NCBI GenBank assembly: GCA_000708835.1
Contig: DF237383.1
Location: 1-64,000 of the forward strand
Length of the DNA stretch: 64,000 nt
Source of the DNA: Klebsormidium nitens
Lineage: Eukaryota > Plantae > Klebsormidiophyceae
Reading direction: 5' to 3'
Positions 59,950 through 64,000 of this stretch are shown here, piece after piece. Under the pieces are notes generated by a model, which was not told the origin of the DNA, searched no databases, and saw only the letters and a list, made by a program, of their open reading frames with translations. A program made the position numbers and the translations under genes. Numbering within the stretch: the first letter of the stretch is position 1; every line of letters starts with the position of its first letter.

Positions 59950-62900
59950 TATTACGGCGTCTTGCAGACAGCCACGCAGTGCGTCGTTAAGACGTAACCA
60001 CCGCCGTTTCGCTAACCCGCAGGTCAACGAAATCCTGTCGAGAACGAGGTTAGGCTTAACCAGTCGTAATCGTTACACGCGAGTGCTACGGTTGCGGAAG
60101 CACCGACCACATCCTCGAGAATTGCCCCAAGGGAGGGGGATCGGGGTCCAACCGCGGGGCCGCCTTCATGGCGGGAGACGGAGTAGGGGCCGGGGTGGGG
60201 AAGCGACGGTTCTAGACTCGGGGGCCACTCAACACATGAGCGGGAACAAGGGGAAGTTCACAACCCTCAAGATGCTAGAACCCGGGTCGCGGAGGATCCG
60301 TATAGCAAACGATACGTACGTAGACGTAGCCGGAGAGGGGACGGTCGAGTTGCGGTGCCTAACGCCAACGGGCGTGAGGTTCAACACTCTTCTTGATGTG
60401 TTGTATGTCCCCGGCGTGGTTGAGAACCTCTTCTCGGTGACGAGAGCTACCGACGCCGGCGTGGTGCTTGGGTTCAAGAGGGACGTGTGCCAAGGCTTCT
60501 TGAACGGTGAGATCATCTTCCGTGCGGAGCAAGGGTTGGGCTTGTTTGAAGTGTGTGAACTGAGCGGAGCCCGAGGTGGACGCGTGCATGCTTGTGAGAG
60601 AAGCCGAGAGCGCGGAGTTGTGGCATCGGAGGCTTGGGCACGCCGGGTATGAGGGGTTGGCTAAGATGGTCGAGGGAGACCTAGTCCGGGGTGTGGGGGT
60701 GAAAGCCGAGGCGTTTCGGGAGAAGAAACCCTTGGTGTGTGAACCTTGCATCATGAGGAAGCAAACCCGGGAGTCGTTTCCTAGGGAGTCGGACTCCAAG
60801 GGAAGCACGGAACCCCTCGAGCTCGTGCACATGGACGTGTGCGGGCCCATGCCGGTGGCGTCGCCCGGGGGGTGTAGGTGGTTGGCCACTTTCCTAGACG
60901 ACTACACCAAGCTCTCGGTGGTGCAACCGTTGAAGAAGAAGAGCGAGGTGACGGAGGCCACGGAGAGGGTGTTTGCCCGGTTGGAGTTACAATCCGGGAA
61001 GAAGGTCAAGTCGGTTCAAACGGACCGCGGCGGCGGGGAGTACGTCAACGAGAAGATGACGCCTTTTCTCGGCAAGAAAGGGACGGTGCAACGCACTACG
61101 GCGGGGCACTCTCCCGAGCAAAACGGGTCGGCGGAGCGGTTGAACCGAACCCTAGAAGAGAGGGCGCGGGCTTTGCTAGAGGACGCCGGCTTGGGAGGGG
61201 AGTATTGGGCGGAAGCGATGGTGACCGCTAACTACACCCGGAATCGGGTGCCCTCGAGCGTGCACGGGAAGACCCCGTACGAGATGTTCTATGGGGAGAA
61301 GCCGGACCTTAGCCACATGCGGGTGTTTGGGGCGCGGGCCTACATCCATGTCCCTAAGGAAAACCGGAAGAAGTTGGAGCGGGTGAGCGAACGGGGGGTC
61401 TTCCTAGGGTATAAGCCGAACGCGAAGGCCTATCGGGTCTTGAAGGAGAGGACCGGAGTTGTGATTGTCTCCCGGGACGTCGTTGTAGACGAGCGGGGGC
61501 CCTCCGGGGTCGTTGAGCTTGGCTCCGTCCCGGGGAAGGAGGAGGGGGGTGCTCGCGACCCTAGTCGTGTGAGCCCCCCGACTCAGATGGGTGCAGGGGC
61601 TACCCCTACGGGGGAGGCCGGCACTCAGCCCGGTGCAGAAGCTACTCCTACGGGGGAGGCCGGCACCGGGAGCGAGGAGTCCGTTTTAACAGAGGGCGCC
61701 GATGAGAGCGGCGAAGTCGTGGAAGAGCCGGTGGTCACCCCGGCGGATTTGGGGGCGAGGAAAAACCCCCCTAGAGAGAGGAGATTGCCGGAGCGTTTTA
61801 GGGTTAACCTCGCGGCGGAAGGGGTTAGGGATAACCCACCAAAGGAGTCGGGGGAGCACCCGGAGCCTCAAGCTATCAGGAAGCCGTAGGGGGAGAAGAG
61901 AGTGAGCTCTGGCGGTTGTCTATGGACGAGGAGATGCGGTCTTTGTTGGAGAACGGGACTTGGGAGCTCGTCGAAAAACCGGAGGGGGTGAAGCCGCTTC
62001 CCATGAAGTGGGTTTACAAGATTAAGCGGGATGCGCTTGGGAACGTGGAGCGGTATAAGTTTCGATTGGTGGCGAAGGGGTACTTGCAAAAGCAAGGAAT
62101 TGACTTCGAGGAGGTCTACGCCCCGGTGAGCAAGCACACAAGCTTGAGGGCGCTTCTCGCGGTGGTTGCGGCGCGTGACCTAGAGCTTCACCAACTCGAC
62201 GTCAAGACGGCGTTTCTCAACGGCGAGTTGGAGGAGACGATCTACATGCAGCAGCCGCAGGGGTACGAGCAAGGCGGGTCGGAGATGGTTTGCCTCCTCA
62301 AGCGCTCCCTTTACGGGTTGCGCCAGGCACCGCGGGCATGGTACCTGCGCCTGAAGGAGGAGCTCGGGTTGCTTGAGTTTGGGGCGTCCGTTGCGGACGC
62401 GGCGCTTTTCGTGGGGGAGGTCGACGGGGAGGAGGTCTTCCTTCTCGTTTGGGTGGACGACATCCTCATCGCTATTCGTGGGAAGGACCGCGTGGCGAAG
62501 GTGAAGGCGCACCTCGCGCGGACGTTCGACGTGAGGGACTTGGGGGAGGCGACTTACTTCCTCGGGAGTGAGTTGGCGCGCGACCGGGAGGCGCGCACTC
62601 TGAAGCTGACGCAGAAGAGGCAGACGGGGGAGCTCCTTGGACGACACGGGTTGGCGGGCGCGCGGCCGCGCTCGGTTCCCCTCGGCACGGCGGGGAAGCT
62701 GACGAGGGAGGGGACTCCGCTTGACACGGCGAAGTTCCCCTATAGCGAGCTCATCGGAAGCTTGCTCTATTTGAGTGTTTGCACGCGGCCCGACATTGCT
62801 CAGGCCGTGGGGGCATTGGCGCGCTACACAAGCGCGCCAACGGAGGCGCATTGGGCGGCGGCGCTCGGGGTGGTGCGCTATTTGGCGGGGACGGCGGAGG

Positions 62901-63415
62901 CCGGAGTAACCTTTGGGGGGAGCGATGAGCTCCTTGAGGTGTTCTGTGATGCGGATTTTGCAGGGGACGTTGACATGAGGCGTTCCACGACGGGGTACGT
63001 CTTCCTGATGTACGGGGGCGCGGTGAGTTGGTCAAGCCGTCTGCAGCCGACGGTGGCGGTGTCCACGGTGGAGGCGGAGTACACAGTGAGCGCGGCGCAG
63101 GCGGTGAAGGAGGCGCTATGGTTTCGCAAGCTCGGGGGAGACTTGGGGTTGGGGCTTGGGACGGTCCCAATCGACTGCGACAACCAAGGGGCAATACAGC
63201 TCCTAAAGCATCCGGTCGCAACACTGCGGTCGAAGCACATTGACGTGTTGCATCACTTTGCACGGGAGCGGGTGGCACGCAAGGAGGTTGGGTTCGCTTA
63301 TTGCAGGACGGAGGACATGAAGGCGGACATCATGACCAAGGCGCTGACTCCGGGGAAGTTCTTCAAGTGTAGGAAGGAGATAGGAATTGCATAGGATACT
63401 CAGTGCGTGAGGGAG

Positions 63416-63716
63416 TGTTGAAATTAGGGGTAATTAGCCTTGAGTTACGCCCTAATATCCTAGTCGAATCGTGTGCAATGTTGCATTGGCCGTCGACCGT
63501 ACGATCGTAAGTTGCTGCGTAAGTAAATGGACTCGAAAGTAGGGCCGTCGATTTGCAAGTTTCCGGAGTACCGTAGCCGGAGTACCGTATCCGGAGTACC
63601 GTATCCGGAGTACCGTAGCTGAGAAGACTTCGATTCTCACCATGGACTAGTTACTCACTTCTAGTACCTAGTTGTGCTTCCTCTTGAAAGGCGCTCAAGG
63701 CGCATTTATTTTAACA
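63416..63716 (+). repeat. 3' LTR (301 bp, TG...CA)
   Basis: Preceded by the purine tract GAGGGAG and followed by the TSD AATAC. Confidence 0.97.
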
Positions 63717-64000
63717 AATACTACCAATAGTTGGAGGTCTGTCCCTTTATAAGCTGTAAACAAATAAGCTCCAATCGCACGAATCAGCTTTCAACCGTCC
63801 CTATTCAGAATTGCAGTGCCAATCATGAAAGGCGTGAATTCCGGCGTCTCTAGAAGCAGCTGGGATGACACCTGTAAAAGGCTTGCGGCCCCGGAACGCA
63901 ACAATAACCTCCTGACGGAGAATAAGCCGAAGTTTCTGTGCCACATATCTTCTCATCATGCATAATAATAATTCATTGCAATAGCCTGGCAGTGGCCATT

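Larger units (their letters stand above)
58433..63394 (+). pseudogene. Copia gag-pol, broken into several frames
   Basis: Gag with two CCHC knuckles (CHKCGELGHFEREC, CYGCGSTNHILKDC), protease WVLDSGATQHM, LWHRRLGH, integrase (VHMDVCGP...TDRGGGEY...QNGSAERLNRTL), RT (QLDVKTAFLNG, LYGLRQAPRAW, VWVDD) and RNase H (CDADFAG...ADIMTKAL). Frameshifts near 59035, 59190, 60180, 60560 and 61870. Confidence 0.93.
57922..63716 (+). mobile_element. Ty1/copia LTR retrotransposon, full length, frameshifted, with an assembly gap
   Basis: Two 301-bp LTRs, TSD AATAC (57917-57921 and 63717-63721), PBS GGTTATGGGCCC, purine tract before the 3' LTR, and domain order gag-PR-IN-RT-RH. Confidence 0.97.

Noticed and set aside
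62180-63278. Minus-strand ORFs inside the retrotransposon
   Set aside because: Antisense shadows of the GC-rich RT/RNase H coding sequence.
1-64000. rRNA, tRNA or snRNA genes
   Set aside because: No conserved rRNA segments or cloverleaf with A/B boxes were recognised by eye; tRNAscan-SE and Infernal would be needed to exclude them.

Overview
This is eukaryotic, intron-rich nuclear DNA. The land-plant-type cryptochrome, EGY1 and TIR1/COI1-like genes, together with a bacterial-type ATPase and a cilia-like EF-hand gene, suggest a streptophyte (Klebsormidium-like) alga; that assignment is inference. Gene models were reconstructed by hand across splice sites: eIF2-beta (-), an intronless TIR1/COI1-like F-box/LRR (+), a broken purple acid phosphatase N-terminal fragment (+), an intronless F-box protein with about 24 Trp-marked NLR-type LRRs (-), a 12-exon MRB1590-like ABC-class ATPase (-) head-to-head with EGY1 (+), ALY/REF (-) head-to-head with CRY (+), a small RIIa-like/EF-hand gene (+) and a SKIP1-like F-box/LRR (-). 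Mobile elements are a full-length but frameshifted Ty1/copia element (301-bp LTRs, AATAC TSD, assembly gap inside) and three ~200-bp MITEs. The strongest unexplained signals are two. First, introns of at least three unrelated genes carry decaying tandem copies of 'intron 3' end + exon start' just upstream of the real acceptor, including a six-unit array in the ATPase gene. Second, two MITEs with 9-bp TSDs have different TIRs yet share a 94%-identical G-rich, telomere-like core. No rRNA, tRNA or CRISPR array was recognised. No database searches were run; family assignments rest on remembered motifs.
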